A DNA stretch of 64,000 nt, taken from Parcubacteria bacterium C7867-007 (GTDB lineage Bacteria > Patescibacteriota > Minisyncoccia > Phycocordibacterales > Phycocordibacteraceae). Both the position numbers and the translations under genes were made by a program. Of this stretch, positions 28,763 to 38,926 are shown in pieces (within the stretch, counting starts at the first letter, position 1; every line of letters begins with the position of its first letter). The notes beneath the pieces are model-generated. The model was given only the letters and a program-made list of their open reading frames with translations, searched no databases and was not told where the DNA came from. The stretch spans positions 71,059 through 135,058 of the forward strand of contig LFCQ01000003.1 in assembly GCA_001189195.1 (NCBI GenBank), in the 5' to 3' direction.

Positions 28763-30403
28763 CTATGTCGTAAGGATTGGCAGTCGAACACTAAACTCAC
28801 TTCCCATGCCAGGACCATCACTGTGTACCGCAACCGCACCACCATGCACTTCCACAAAACTCTTCACCAGTGCAAGACCAATACCAAGACCCTTCTGTGT
28901 ACGCGCTCCGCTACCCACCTGATGGAATGGAGTGAAGATGTGATCAATAGACTCAGGTGCAATGCCCACACCCTGATCCTTAATCACCACCACATATTCC
29001 TTGTTCTGCTTTGTAACAATAAGGGTTATGTGATCGCCTGAATCAGAGTACTTAGAGGCATTGGTAATAAGGTTGGAGAAGATTTGTTCGAGACGCACCG
29101 GATCACCTTCCACAAAGAGTCCTTTCTTTATGCCCTTGGTAACAAGGGTTTGGTGGCGCTCATGCGTGTGGTGCTCTGTAGAGAGGACTGCTCGAGGAAG
29201 TATTTCACCCAAATCAACCTTTTCATGTTTTATGCTGATTTTTCCTTCTGAGATACGGGAAACATCAAGAAGGTCATCAAGGTGCCTGCGTATGGTCTTC
29301 ATACGACCATCCATCATTTCTAGCGTCTCCATTTCTTCAGGATCACGATCTTTCTTTAAGCGAAGAAGATCAATAGCGCTCACCACTGGCGCGAGAGGAT
29401 TGCGTAGCTCATGCGCAAGGATAGCGATGAAGTCATTCTTGGAACGTGACTCCGTACTTATGCGAGCAACGGCATTCTCAAGCGTTGCAACCTGAGAACG
29501 CATTAGATTCGTATTCAAACGACGATCCTCTTCAAGTGCCACGATAATAAGGAAGATGATGGCGCGAGTAATGAGGAGTACCTCCATTTCAAAGAGCAGG
29601 TGCGGAAGAGCTTCTGGGCTGGCATGGGTAAGAACACTGGTGATACCGAACACAGAAGTGATCAGCAGGGCGAGGGTAATAAAGCGTGGACGTAGACGTA
29701 ACGCTATCCAGAAGAGGGGGATGGAGAGGAAGTAGCTTAGTGACACTCCACCGATTGCCGTAACACCTTCAATATAGAGTACGTAGTTGAGACCGATCAA
29801 CAGAATGAACACCGTCATCGTTTCCAGAATCTCTAAGGGTCCACGACCAAATCTACGCTTTGCACACCAACGCAGCACAAAAGGAACTCCTATGATTAGG
29901 CAGAACAGCATTGCCGCATATGCCTGCCCCCATTGAGTGAGCGTATAGAAAGTACCAGTACCTAGGTGCCAAATGGCAGTAAGGGTTGGTGTAAGGAGTG
30001 CAACAAGAAATACCGTACCAATGAGGCTAAAGACATCACGGTATCGACGAAAGAGAGGATCAACTTGTGCCTTACGAAGCAAATAAGCACCCGTGACAGA
30101 CTGCAGCGTGATAATCACAGCAGACACCGTGGCAAATACAGCATCTAATCCTGTTACAAAGCCTGAAAGCAATGCGGCTGCAAATACGAATGGCCAAAGC
30201 CGTTCGCTCATAAAGAACAGGAAGGCAAGGGAAATTGCAGCTGCGGGGGCAAAAGGTACCCATGGAGGAATCAGCAACGCTGTTCCGATACTCACCAATA
30301 CATATATAAGGAGGGTTATAGTGCCCACAGCACACTCACGAGGAGTGAACCTAAGGAGATCAGGGGCAGCTAGTATTCGCCACATAGGGTTTATCTGCTT
30401 CAT
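28763..30403 (-). CDS. Sensor histidine kinase with an N-terminal multi-TM sensor domain.
   Basis: About 8 TM helices, HisKA H-box LAHELRNPL and HATPase_c N/G boxes (NLITNASKYS, DQGVGI, GLGIGLALV). Confidence 0.85.
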   Translation of the reverse strand: MKQINPMWRILAAPDLLRFTPRECAVGTITLLIYVLVSIGTALLIPPWVPFAPAAAISLAFLFFMSERLWPFVFAAALLSGFVTGLDAVFATVSAVIITLQSVTGAYLLRKAQVDPLFRRYRDVFSLIGTVFLVALLTPTLTAIWHLGTGTFYTLTQWGQAYAAMLFCLIIGVPFVLRWCAKRRFGRGPLEILETMTVFILLIGLNYVLYIEGVTAIGGVSLSYFLSIPLFWIALRLRPRFITLALLITSVFGITSVLTHASPEALPHLLFEMEVLLITRAIIFLIIVALEEDRRLNTNLMRSQVATLENAVARISTESRSKNDFIAILAHELRNPLAPVVSAIDLLRLKKDRDPEEMETLEMMDGRMKTIRRHLDDLLDVSRISEGKISIKHEKVDLGEILPRAVLSTEHHTHERHQTLVTKGIKKGLFVEGDPVRLEQIFSNLITNASKYSDSGDHITLIVTKQNKEYVVVIKDQGVGIAPESIDHIFTPFHQVGSGARTQKGLGIGLALVKSFVEVHGGAVAVHSDGPGMGSEFSVRLPILTT

Positions 30404-30527
30404 TGTACTCCTATATATGGCTTGAACGATAGACTTATAAAACTACTATTCGGTTTGTCCACAAAAACTATTGAAGAGTGTATTCAGCAACTTGAAGCAA
30501 AAGTGAAAGCAAAGATATGCAAAGAGA

Positions 30528-30552
30528 AAGACCGGGTCCCTAGGGAACCCGG
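30528..30552 (-). terminator. Minus-strand rho-independent terminator at the edge of a high-GC islet.
   Basis: Near-perfect 25-bp palindrome gaccgggtccctagggaacccggtc, followed on the minus strand by tttctctttg. Confidence 0.55.
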
Positions 30553-30602
30553 TCTGTACGCGGATTGTGTACTGTGTCGACAATGAAGCCGACGTTTGGC
30601 GA

Positions 30603-30869
30603 TCAGCCGCGGCCGATGGCGCCGAGGTGATCGAGGCTGATCGACCACTGGATGGTCGTCGTGGCCGGCGCCGCGCTGAGGAAGAACCAGCCGAGGTCGT
30701 CGCACGGGACCAGGGTCTCGATGGGATTGCCGTATTCGTCCGTCTCGGGGCCCCAGGTCGTGCACCATTCCCCGAAGGGACCCGGGTCGAAGACCTGGGC
30801 CGAGGCGGTCGACGTGGTGCCGAGAGCAAGGGCCGCGGCGGCGGCGGCGAGCATCATCTTCTTCTTCAT
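30603..30869 (-). CDS. Small secreted protein, high-GC (foreign).
   Basis: Start at the internal Met: signal peptide MKKKMMLAAAAAALALGTTSTASA, mature part with 2 Cys. GC is markedly above background. Confidence 0.5.
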   Translation of the reverse strand: MKKKMMLAAAAAALALGTTSTASAQVFDPGPFGEWCTTWGPETDEYGNPIETLVPCDDLGWFFLSAAPATTTIQWSISLDHLGAIGRG

Positions 30870-31079
30870 AGTCGCTCCTAAAAGCAAGGTTCAGTGTCCC
30901 CCTTTGGTCCACCTGAACTATATATAACATAGTATGTAAAATTGGTCAAGGGGTATGGACCACAGCACATAAATATCCTTTTACTAGGCCATACTTTTCT
31001 TATTGTAGACCTGAAAAGAAAGCCGCCCGAAGGGGTGGCGAAGAAGTTAATTCTTCGCGTCCCTTCGAGCGACCATGGA

Positions 31080-31460
31080 TCACGGTTGCAACCGCAGACT
31101 ACGCACGAACTCAACCAGAGCTGCGCGAGACACGCCGCGAGGCAGTCTCGAGTAGGCTTTGAGAAGCTCGAGAGCTCCTGGCTCAGCCAGAAGGTGGGCG
31201 ACTTCGTCGATAGCTCCGCTGTGGGCAGAGTTCTCGCCGAACATCTCAGCGACCGGCACACCCATGGTCTTTGCGATCCGGGTGAGCATCGAGGCCGAAA
31301 CACGATTTGCACCGCGTTCGTACTTCTGGATTTGCTGGAATGTGACCCCAGCAGCCTCGGCCAGCGCTTGCTGACTGAGACCCTTCACTTTGCGCAGGAG
31401 CCTGATGCGTGCGCCAACGGCGACGTCAACAGGATCTGCGTTTGAGCAATTTCTTGGCAA
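31080..31460 (-). CDS. XRE-family helix-turn-helix transcriptional regulator (high-GC).
   Basis: [32 protein letters not shown] is a canonical HTH_XRE. Confidence 0.75.
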   Translation of the reverse strand: MPRNCSNADPVDVAVGARIRLLRKVKGLSQQALAEAAGVTFQQIQKYERGANRVSASMLTRIAKTMGVPVAEMFGENSAHSGAIDEVAHLLAEPGALELLKAYSRLPRGVSRAALVEFVRSLRLQP

Positions 31461-31543
31461 CTAGGTATCTCCCCTTGTACAGTGAGGCACTATCCTCAAC
31501 AAGAATTGTACACTATATATTTGATATAGTCAATATAGAGCTT

Positions 31544-31801
31544 TTAGTTAGCATCCAGTTCCTTTTGTTGCTGAGCAGAGCTTGCCTCGATAAGCTGCTT
31601 TGCATTTCTTGCCGCGTCTACTGAATTCACACTTCGTTGAGTAGGTGTGGTGTCCTTAGGAGAAGTGGGATTTGGTACAGATGGAGTAGCGGTTGGTTTA
31701 GGTGACACAATGTCTGACTGCAAGAAAATGAACCCAGCAATAGCAGCGACAATAAGAAGACTGAGGAGACCAATGTAGCCGTGAGGTTCTGTTCGATTCA
31801 T
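31544..31801 (-). CDS. Small membrane-anchored protein.
   Basis: 85 aa; N-terminal TM GLLSLLIVAAIAGFIFL, then a Pro/Thr/Ser-rich tail. Confidence 0.4.
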   Translation of the reverse strand: MNRTEPHGYIGLLSLLIVAAIAGFIFLQSDIVSPKPTATPSVPNPTSPKDTTPTQRSVNSVDAARNAKQLIEASSAQQQKELDAN

Positions 31802-31885
31802 TTCATAATCATACCGTACAAATTACTCGGCTTGTGGCTCAGGTCAGTGCATTTAACATTGATACTACAGTTACGTCAAGAATTG

Positions 31886-31957
31886 CTCCGCGGGTAGGAT
31901 TCGAACCTACGACCAAGTCGTTAACAGCGACCTGCTCTACCACTGAGCTACCGCGGA
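31886..31957 (-). tRNA. tRNA-Asn (anticodon GTT).
   Basis: Minus-strand sequence TCCGCGG-TA-GCTCAGTGGTAGAGC-A-GGTCG-CTGTTAA-CGACT-TGGTC-GTAGGTTCGAATCCTAC-CCGCGGA-G. It folds as a cloverleaf, 72 nt, anticodon loop C-T-GTT-A-A. CCA is not encoded. Confidence 0.85.
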
Positions 31958-32128
31958 ATGTAGCCTCCGAAGAGGCTGCACAGTTCCCGAAGGAACTTTG
32001 GCTATTCTAGCGGAAAAACCAAATTCAGCAATCTATAGACTAGGGAACAGCGGGTGGGTGTATAAGACTTGCCATAAAATCGAGCTGTTATACTTTCTAG
32101 ACAATAACGCAGACTCTAAGAGACTATT

Positions 32129-34120
32129 ATGGCAGATGAACGATTATATGGTGCAGTGGCTGAAAAGATGTCTGCGGGCATACCTGAAGAAAACGTGCGC
32201 ACTGAACTGCATGGTAAGTGGCCTGATACAGACATTAATGGTGCACTGGCAGTATGGAAGCTAAGAAATAGTTCTTTTACTCTTTCAAAGCACGTTCCTC
32301 GCACTGAATACCATAAGCCCTTAGAAGGAAATACATTCTTTCAGTTTGCCCTTATTTTCATACTTCTCGTATCTGCTCCCGGAGCATACGGCCTTATCAC
32401 GGGAGTTGTTATTCCTGTAGCAACTAATGAGCCTATACAACAAGCATCAGTACAAGAACAGTATGACTTGCTTCGAGATGTGCCATCACTTATTCCAGTC
32501 TCTCCGCTTGGTGCAATAATTCCTAAGAAAGAACCGGCGCCTGAGCCAACTGTTGCCTATGTTCCTCCAAGCAGTACTCCTGCAAAGCCAACACCTACTC
32601 CCACACCAGTACCGGCTCCAACTCCTGTCGAAGGGACACCCCCAGCCATTTCATTCACTGCACGTTCTAAAACTATAGTGATTGGTAGTCGCGCAACCGT
32701 TGATTGGAATGCGCCTACTGCAATATCCTGCACAGGAACAGGGTTTACTACTGATAATTTCAAAAAAGGTTCTGCTCGACTAACAATTACGTCCAACATA
32801 ACGGTTAGTATTTCTTGTACCAACGCAGGAGGTACAAGTAGCCGAAGTCTAACTATTACCGCAGTACCGAAAAGTACACCCATACCGCCTGAGCCAACAC
32901 CTACTCCCACACCTGTACCTGATCCAATCCCTGTTCCAACACCCACACCAACACCTACCACAACTCCACCTGCCCCCATTCCCACACCTACTCCAACACC
33001 TACTCCAACCCCTCCGCCTGCTCCTGGCGAAGCAACAGCAGCAACCTTCGCTACAGTGTTGAAGACAGCAACTCCGGGTTCCACTATCACTATCAATCAG
33101 CCGTTCAGTTTCAATGTGGAGAACTTAAACATTCCTGCACCAGGAACAACCGTTATGTGTGGCTCAAGTGCTGCCATTAGCCCTCCACCCATGAAGTATT
33201 CAAGTTTGAATAACGTCCAAGGCGTCACATTCAAAGGGTGTAAGTTTTTGCAGAGTTTCTATGTGAATAACGCTCAAAGACTACATTTCAAGAATAATGA
33301 TTTTAGCGGTCCAGGACCACTCGAATCAGCAAAGGTTGCTCTCATTCTCAGAGTCTCCAATAATGTAACTGTTACCAACAACAAGTTCCACCACACTAAC
33401 TCGGGTATTAGTATCCAATCTACATCACACTCAATGACCATCAGTGACAATGATTTCTATGAGCTGTGGTATGACGCCATCACCGGTTCAACCAACGGAC
33501 CAATGACTATTGAGCGCAATACGTTTACCAACTTCCGTGGACCAGCACTGCACCTCGACGCCATACAGCTATATTCTGCCAACCACAGCATACCGGTTGA
33601 TCGTGTGACCGTTCGTGACAACGTATATGTTCGGGGTACTGGTACACCCGCTCAGTTCATCTTTCTAACTGATAGTGGATCAGGCTACACCAATGCTACG
33701 GTGACAGGCAACGGTGCATGGGGCGAAGGATGGTGGGGAATTGGACTGTATGGTGCATCTGATAGTCTGATCAGTAATAACTATCTTCAGGGCTCAACAG
33801 AACTGTTCCCGAGAACTCCACCTGGGCAGCAGGTCTTAATACCATGGATCAAAGCCGGTAGTCCGGGCACGAACCTTGTTATTACAGACAACCTCTTGCC
33901 AGCACCAAGTGCTGACGACTCAGGACTACGCGCTTGGCTAAGTAGTAGAGGTAATGGACGATTTCCTATCACCCTCGGGCCTGAGTATCCACACTATGCA
34001 GATGCATCGGAAACCCGAAAGCCCAGCACGTTACTTGCCTCTGTATATACAGCATCTGAATGGATCAGCACTCTTTGGAATTCAATCCTGAACCTCATCT
34101 ACTCCCTATTCAATAGATAG
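32129..34120 (+). CDS. Large surface/secreted protein: TM anchor, Pro/Thr-rich linkers and a right-handed parallel beta-helix domain.
   Basis: PTPTPTPVPAPTPV linkers (antisense ORF 32557..33096 is the GVGVG artefact). C-terminal NNxxVTNN/ISDN repeats typical of pectate-lyase-like beta-helices. The start is uncertain (32129 or a downstream Met). Confidence 0.65.
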   Translation: MADERLYGAVAEKMSAGIPEENVRTELHGKWPDTDINGALAVWKLRNSSFTLSKHVPRTEYHKPLEGNTFFQFALIFILLVSAPGAYGLITGVVIPVATNEPIQQASVQEQYDLLRDVPSLIPVSPLGAIIPKKEPAPEPTVAYVPPSSTPAKPTPTPTPVPAPTPVEGTPPAISFTARSKTIVIGSRATVDWNAPTAISCTGTGFTTDNFKKGSARLTITSNITVSISCTNAGGTSSRSLTITAVPKSTPIPPEPTPTPTPVPDPIPVPTPTPTPTTTPPAPIPTPTPTPTPTPPPAPGEATAATFATVLKTATPGSTITINQPFSFNVENLNIPAPGTTVMCGSSAAISPPPMKYSSLNNVQGVTFKGCKFLQSFYVNNAQRLHFKNNDFSGPGPLESAKVALILRVSNNVTVTNNKFHHTNSGISIQSTSHSMTISDNDFYELWYDAITGSTNGPMTIERNTFTNFRGPALHLDAIQLYSANHSIPVDRVTVRDNVYVRGTGTPAQFIFLTDSGSGYTNATVTGNGAWGEGWWGIGLYGASDSLISNNYLQGSTELFPRTPPGQQVLIPWIKAGSPGTNLVITDNLLPAPSADDSGLRAWLSSRGNGRFPITLGPEYPHYADASETRKPSTLLASVYTASEWISTLWNSILNLIYSLFNR

Positions 34121-34125
34121 ATGTC

Positions 34126-34590
34126 TTGATTGACGAGGTCTGCTTTTCGCACTACGCTGCACACGGAGCATTAGTGGAGAGAACTGTGGCAGACGGGGAG
34201 AAACAAGATGCCGCGCTATCAAACTCGATACAACCACTCTTTACCGAACCAGAACGCCAGTACGGGAGAATCGTGAGACTCTGTGGTACTGCGCTAACGG
34301 GGAATATATACGCACCGGCTAGTCAAGCGTGGTATGCACATCGAGCAGTGCTATCGCTGCTACCTCAGGGCATATATCGTAGTGGGGATGAGGAGCAGCG
34401 TGAAGTTATGGGCATCATGCCTAATTTCACCGTGCGTGGAGATGAGCGATACTTTGTTTTCTACTACAGCTCATCTGGCACCCTGAAGCGAAGGCTTCTG
34501 GTGGGCTCGGAGCACGGGGAGAAGTCAGGCTGGTTTAATTATCTCGCTGATCCAAAAGTACCTTGTTTTAGATTAATTGCAGAGAAATAG
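34126..34590 (+). CDS. Hypothetical protein.
   Basis: 154-aa ORF; the ORF-track start is a TTG. No family recognised. Confidence 0.3.
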   Translation: MIDEVCFSHYAAHGALVERTVADGEKQDAALSNSIQPLFTEPERQYGRIVRLCGTALTGNIYAPASQAWYAHRAVLSLLPQGIYRSGDEEQREVMGIMPNFTVRGDERYFVFYYSSSGTLKRRLLVGSEHGEKSGWFNYLADPKVPCFRLIAEK

Positions 34591-34625
34591 CCGCGACCAT
34601 CCTTATGGTCGCGGTGTTCTGTTTG
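34591..34625 (+). terminator. Rho-independent terminator.
   Basis: ccgcgaccatccttatggtcgcgg followed by tgttctgtttg. Confidence 0.55.
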
Positions 34626-34656
34626 ATATACTAGAAACACTAGCAGCCTAATTGTT

Positions 34657-34902
34657 TTGTTCTTTATGCTTACGTTATATGTAAAAACAGGCTGCCCGTA
34701 TTGCGCAAAGGTGCTTCGCGCAGGTGAAGAGCTTGGGATTGATTTTGATCTTAAGAATGTCTCAGACGACGGCATTGTCGAGGAATTGATTGCCCGAGGG
34801 GGCAAGGAGCAAATGCCATATCTGGTTGATGCCGAAATGAACGTTGAAATGTATGAGTCTGATGACATTATCGCGTATCTTCATCAGCGCTTCGCAATGT
34901 AA
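34657..34902 (+). CDS. Glutaredoxin-like protein (CPYC active site). The start is probably the Met at 34666.
   Basis: LYVKTGCPYCAKV is the thioredoxin-fold CxxC; about 80 aa. Confidence 0.8.
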   Translation: MFFMLTLYVKTGCPYCAKVLRAGEELGIDFDLKNVSDDGIVEELIARGGKEQMPYLVDAEMNVEMYESDDIIAYLHQRFAM

Positions 34903-34940
34903 CAGGTAGGGTGTAGTTCTGTGAGCCTAACTTCTTTCAT

Positions 34941-35312
34941 ATGAATATATACTTCAAGAATACTCATCCTGATGTACACGCCACGGTAATTGCGCGAGCA
35001 GAGAAAAAGATTAGCGTTCTATCAAAACACCTAGACGAAGGGCAGTTTGAAGCTCAAGCGTATGTCGAGATAACAAAGGCAACCGGTTCCCATAATTCTG
35101 AAGCAGCATGGCGTACAAGTATTAATGTTGATGTGCAGGGTGAGCGATTCCACGCGGAATCCGCACAACATACCCCAGAGAAGGCAACAGACAGAGCAAT
35201 TAATGAAATACGAAGTGAGCTCCGCTCGTATCGTGAGCGTCAACGGGCAACAACGCGAAAGAGCGGAAGTTTCTGGAAAGCCCTACAACAAAGAGACATC
35301 AGGACGCAATAA
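34941..35312 (+). CDS. hpf: Ribosome hibernation promoting factor / RaiA (short HPF).
   Basis: MNIYFKNTHPDVHATVIARAEKKISVLSKHL...AYVEITKA...FHAESAQHTPEKATDRAINEIRSELRSY matches the HPF/YfiA pattern. Confidence 0.75.
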   Translation: MNIYFKNTHPDVHATVIARAEKKISVLSKHLDEGQFEAQAYVEITKATGSHNSEAAWRTSINVDVQGERFHAESAQHTPEKATDRAINEIRSELRSYRERQRATTRKSGSFWKALQQRDIRTQ

Positions 35313-36150
35313 ACGTCTGGTACGGCATCTCTCGTTTCCCTTCAGGGATCACGGTCTCTATAACAAAAGCATCATCAGCAAATGATGCTTTTGTTATTTT
35401 CACTCGTATCTTTATTCCATTGCGTTCGATAAAGAAATACAAACCAGGCCAGCCCTCGTATGCACAGTATTTTAAATAGTTCTCACGAGCTGGGCCATTA
35501 GGATCAATGAGACCATCTTCCTTTTCCGTCTTGCGTGTATAAGTAGCGAGGACGTGATTCTGGGGCGTTGCCGTGAGCGTACCCGCAACCCAAGAAGGGA
35601 GGGTAGAAGCAGCAGCACGCCCTCCAGTACGTGCCAATAGCTCTGAGAGCTCCATACGACCCACAGGCCACCCTGAAACATCTACACGTTCTTGTATAAG
35701 GATGGGTCCATGATCCATCTCGCTATCAAGCTGCATGATAGACACTCCCACTTCTTTCTCATCTGCAAGAATCTGTCCTTCAATGGGAGCTGCGCCTCGA
35801 TACTTCGGGAGGAGAGAGGGGTGCACATTAATGCACCCCCGTGGAGCAAGAGCTAATAGCTTCTCGCCAAGAATCTTTCCATACGCCGCAACCAGAAACA
35901 CTTCACACTCATAGGTACTCAGTTCTGCACGGAACTCCTTACCAAGTTTCTCTGGTTGCAGTACCGGAATGTTTCGTTCCTGTGCCCACACCTTCACTTC
36001 AGGTTCTGAAAGCTGCATACCGCGTCCTGCGGGACGATCAGGTGCTGTTATCACAACCACTGGCAACATACCGGCTTGTTCCATTTCCTCCAGTACCCAT
36101 ACCGCAACCATGGGGGTACCAAAGAATGCATAGCGAATATTATTCTTCAT
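35299..36150 (-). CDS. fmt: Methionyl-tRNA formyltransferase.
   Basis: MKNNIRYAFFGTP, INVHPSLLPKYRGAAPI and HxSLLP motifs. The start was set at 36150 to avoid a long overlap with def. Confidence 0.85.
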   Translation of the reverse strand: MKNNIRYAFFGTPMVAVWVLEEMEQAGMLPVVVITAPDRPAGRGMQLSEPEVKVWAQERNIPVLQPEKLGKEFRAELSTYECEVFLVAAYGKILGEKLLALAPRGCINVHPSLLPKYRGAAPIEGQILADEKEVGVSIMQLDSEMDHGPILIQERVDVSGWPVGRMELSELLARTGGRAAASTLPSWVAGTLTATPQNHVLATYTRKTEKEDGLIDPNGPARENYLKYCAYEGWPGLYFFIERNGIKIRVKITKASFADDAFVIETVIPEGKREMPYQTFIAS

Positions 36151-36667
36151 GATGGTGTGCATCACCTCTATGGACCTCAAACTGTTCATGCGCGTGATCA
36201 ACAAACAGAATGCCGTTTAGATGATCTATCTCGTGTTGGAACACCTGCGCAAGAATACCTCCTCCCCCTCGTTCAAAGCGTGCACCATCTGCAGTACGTG
36301 CACGTACCGTTGCACGATCATGACGAATCGTTTTGCCATAGACACCTCGTACTGAAAGACACCCTTCATCCATCTCAACCTGGCGGCGAGATGCCTTAAT
36401 AAACTCAGGATTGATGTACACCCCAAGGTGCGGAGCAGGGGACTCACCTTCCGGTGGAGTGACCAGCCTGTCGTACCGCACAATAAATATTCTCTTAGAC
36501 ACTCCGACCTGTGGTGCAGCGAGTGCAACCCCGTCTGGCTCTTTATCAAGAGCTTGGGCCATACCATCAACAATTCCCGTTAGTTCAGACGTACCAAACT
36601 CTTCTTCCGCAACGGGAAGTGCCTCTGCATCAAGTACCGGATCTCCATCTTGAACAATGGTATACAT
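36140..36667 (-). CDS. def: Peptide deformylase.
   Basis: The three motifs GVALAAPQVG, EGCLSV and HEIDHLNG. Confidence 0.9.
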   Translation of the reverse strand: MYTIVQDGDPVLDAEALPVAEEEFGTSELTGIVDGMAQALDKEPDGVALAAPQVGVSKRIFIVRYDRLVTPPEGESPAPHLGVYINPEFIKASRRQVEMDEGCLSVRGVYGKTIRHDRATVRARTADGARFERGGGGILAQVFQHEIDHLNGILFVDHAHEQFEVHRGDAHHHEE

Positions 36668-37026
36668 GCGGACACCATAGCATACCTAGGGGTATGAAAA
36701 AGCCGTCCTCAAAGAAGACGGCGGGTGAAACAGAAAGATCAGGGGGGTGCCGCTGACCCGAGCGTACTGAGTAAATGGCATCCGTTGGGGGATAGCAAGT
36801 AAGCAGCAGGACGCAGGGTCAGCGGCACGCGTTAAAGGAGCTTGGGGAGGGGAGCGACCCTTACAACCTTCAACGAAATGGGAATCAGGGTACAGAGACG
36901 GGTGGGTCCGGAGAACTTGGGGTGCACTCTCCGGACCCCTGGAAGATCCTCTTTACGGGCGTTGGAGAGCAGAGGAGTTCCAGTCCGTCTGTCAGAACTG
37001 CGAAGTTTGACTTACATACTATAGGT

Positions 37027-38889
37027 CTAAAATGCTTCTGGGTCAATAAGAATACGCACTGATGGAGAGAGGGCACGCAGACGTTCATGGAGCTCTTGAT
37101 TGGGCCATGCGCCTGCTGGTAGCCGTAGTACATACGAGCGACGTAGCTGTGTGCGAGTGAGTGCACGATCAGGAAGTACAGAATACGTATACGTACCGAT
37201 TGCTTTCTTAATCTCAGAATCTAAATTATCCAACTGAGTTCGAGTTGCTTCTGCTTGCAAAGAGATGAGGGTGCCGAATGGGGGATACTGCAGTGCAGAA
37301 CGTAACATGGTTTCCTCTTTAAAGAATGAAGTAGTGGTTGGATGAATAACCGCATCCACCGCAGAATCTTCTGGCAGCCGAGTGCCTAGCATTAATCGTT
37401 CAGTCATTCCGGTAACGGTATGTGCGAGGCGTACGAATCGTTCTCGTGCACGCCAGAACGGTAGGGCAAGCAGACTATCTGCAGACACAATTAGGGCAAG
37501 ATCAAAGGGAGGAACATTGGAAGCGCGTATCCATGGGAGAGCGCCCTCCGTGCCAACAATAATGCTGCATGGCCTATCAGCATCCACTAGGGCCTTCTTA
37601 GCCATAGTGAGTGAACGTACGGTATCTCCATCAAACCGAATGACAGTTGCCTCTGGAAACGCACTACGAAGTTCTTCCTCTACGCGCTCAACTCCCACCC
37701 CCATTGGCATAAGGTTCCAGCTTCCACACAACTCACACAGAACATTTGTATTCTCTAGAACTCTGCCGTCTACCGTTCTAAAAGCACGACCATGAGGACC
37801 TTCCTTGGTGAAGGTGAGCACGTTACCAAACTCATCAACTCGACTTGTGCCACAATCTCTGCAAACCACACTTGGTGCGTACCCCCTACGTACCGCGAGC
37901 GTCAGTACGCGCCCACCTTCACCAAGAGTCTTTTGGATCTCATCACGCATTGCTTGAGGTACCGCCATCCATTGTTCTTCACGAGTCTCTTCTTCCACTA
38001 CGGCTTTAGGTTTGCTTTCATCTGGTTTTTCACGACGCATATCAAGTATGGAAACCGATGACGGAGGTGCGTCGCTGAGAGCGTGTGTTGGATCAGGGCG
38101 GTATTCCAAAGGTAACGGGAAGTCCCCATACACAAGTGTAAGAGAGCGTGCTTGTGCGAGCTCCGTGAGGGCGACACGCATATCAAGATACGGACGCTTA
38201 GGAGACCGATAGCTACCTGCACCAGCGCGCTCGATAATAATCGTTCCGAGTGAATGAATAGGAGTCCATGAGAAGGTTGGGGTACTTATAACGAGTGACG
38301 TACAAGCAGCTGCTGCCTGAAGCGCTTCTTCTCTACGCTTTCCAGTGAGTGCACCCGAAAGAAGTACTGGTTTGAATTCACTTAGATGACGTTTCCAATA
38401 TTCAGTTTCAGCAATGGTGGGTACCACTAGTAGAGTCGTGTTCTGCTCTAGCGCAATACGTTCTTTATAGATACGTACACGCTCTTCTAAAGAATGTTCA
38501 ATGGCTTCTGTGCGGAATGAAGTACCTGTATATAGTTCACCAATCTTTGCAAAAGAAAGATCGCTCCGTATGTGTTCACCAAAGAGACTGCACAGTGCAC
38601 TTCCAAGCGTTGCAGCATGCAGTTGTGCTGTTCGTTCAGCTGCATCACGTATTGAATCAGGAAGGACACCCACTACAGTTGGGACCGTCTTGGTGAGCAT
38701 GAAGGTGGCATTCTTAAGAACGGCCTTTGCTTCAGCAACACTTTGACAACTCACCACCAAGCCTTGAACCATACGCCTACGCAAAGAGACTTCCACAAGG
38801 GTGCCCTCCGCAAGCTGCGTGCGACTTCGATAGGTAAGGGTGCCGGCAGGTGCCGAACGCGAAAAAGGGATCACGTCCACGACGTACAT
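37027..38889 (-). CDS. priA: Primosomal protein N' (PriA replication-restart helicase).
   Basis: N-terminal 3'-DNA-binding domain, helicase core and a Cys-rich zinc region (CRDCG...CELCGS). Start at the internal Met MYVVDVIPF, so it does not overlap the upstream gene. Confidence 0.8.
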   Translation of the reverse strand: MYVVDVIPFSRSAPAGTLTYRSRTQLAEGTLVEVSLRRRMVQGLVVSCQSVAEAKAVLKNATFMLTKTVPTVVGVLPDSIRDAAERTAQLHAATLGSALCSLFGEHIRSDLSFAKIGELYTGTSFRTEAIEHSLEERVRIYKERIALEQNTTLLVVPTIAETEYWKRHLSEFKPVLLSGALTGKRREEALQAAAACTSLVISTPTFSWTPIHSLGTIIIERAGAGSYRSPKRPYLDMRVALTELAQARSLTLVYGDFPLPLEYRPDPTHALSDAPPSSVSILDMRREKPDESKPKAVVEEETREEQWMAVPQAMRDEIQKTLGEGGRVLTLAVRRGYAPSVVCRDCGTSRVDEFGNVLTFTKEGPHGRAFRTVDGRVLENTNVLCELCGSWNLMPMGVGVERVEEELRSAFPEATVIRFDGDTVRSLTMAKKALVDADRPCSIIVGTEGALPWIRASNVPPFDLALIVSADSLLALPFWRARERFVRLAHTVTGMTERLMLGTRLPEDSAVDAVIHPTTTSFFKEETMLRSALQYPPFGTLISLQAEATRTQLDNLDSEIKKAIGTYTYSVLPDRALTRTQLRRSYVLRLPAGAWPNQELHERLRALSPSVRILIDPEAF

Positions 38890-38926
38890 CCCTCTATCGT
38901 AGCAAACCTGTGAAATTGAGTCTGAA

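Noticed and set aside
30446-30930. Overlapping Arg/Pro-rich ORFs on both strands around 30.5-30.9 kb.
   Set aside because: They are shadow ORFs in a high-GC segment. Only the frame with a signal peptide (30603-30869, minus) is plausible.
32557-33096. 179-aa minus-strand ORF rich in GVGVGVG.
   Set aside because: It is the antisense of the Pro/Thr-rich PTPTPTP linker of the large surface protein, a repeat artefact.
35299-36204. Extended fmt ORF to 36204.
   Set aside because: It would overlap the last 21 codons of def. The MKNNIRYAF start at 36150 matches Fmt N-termini and gives the usual small def-fmt overlap.
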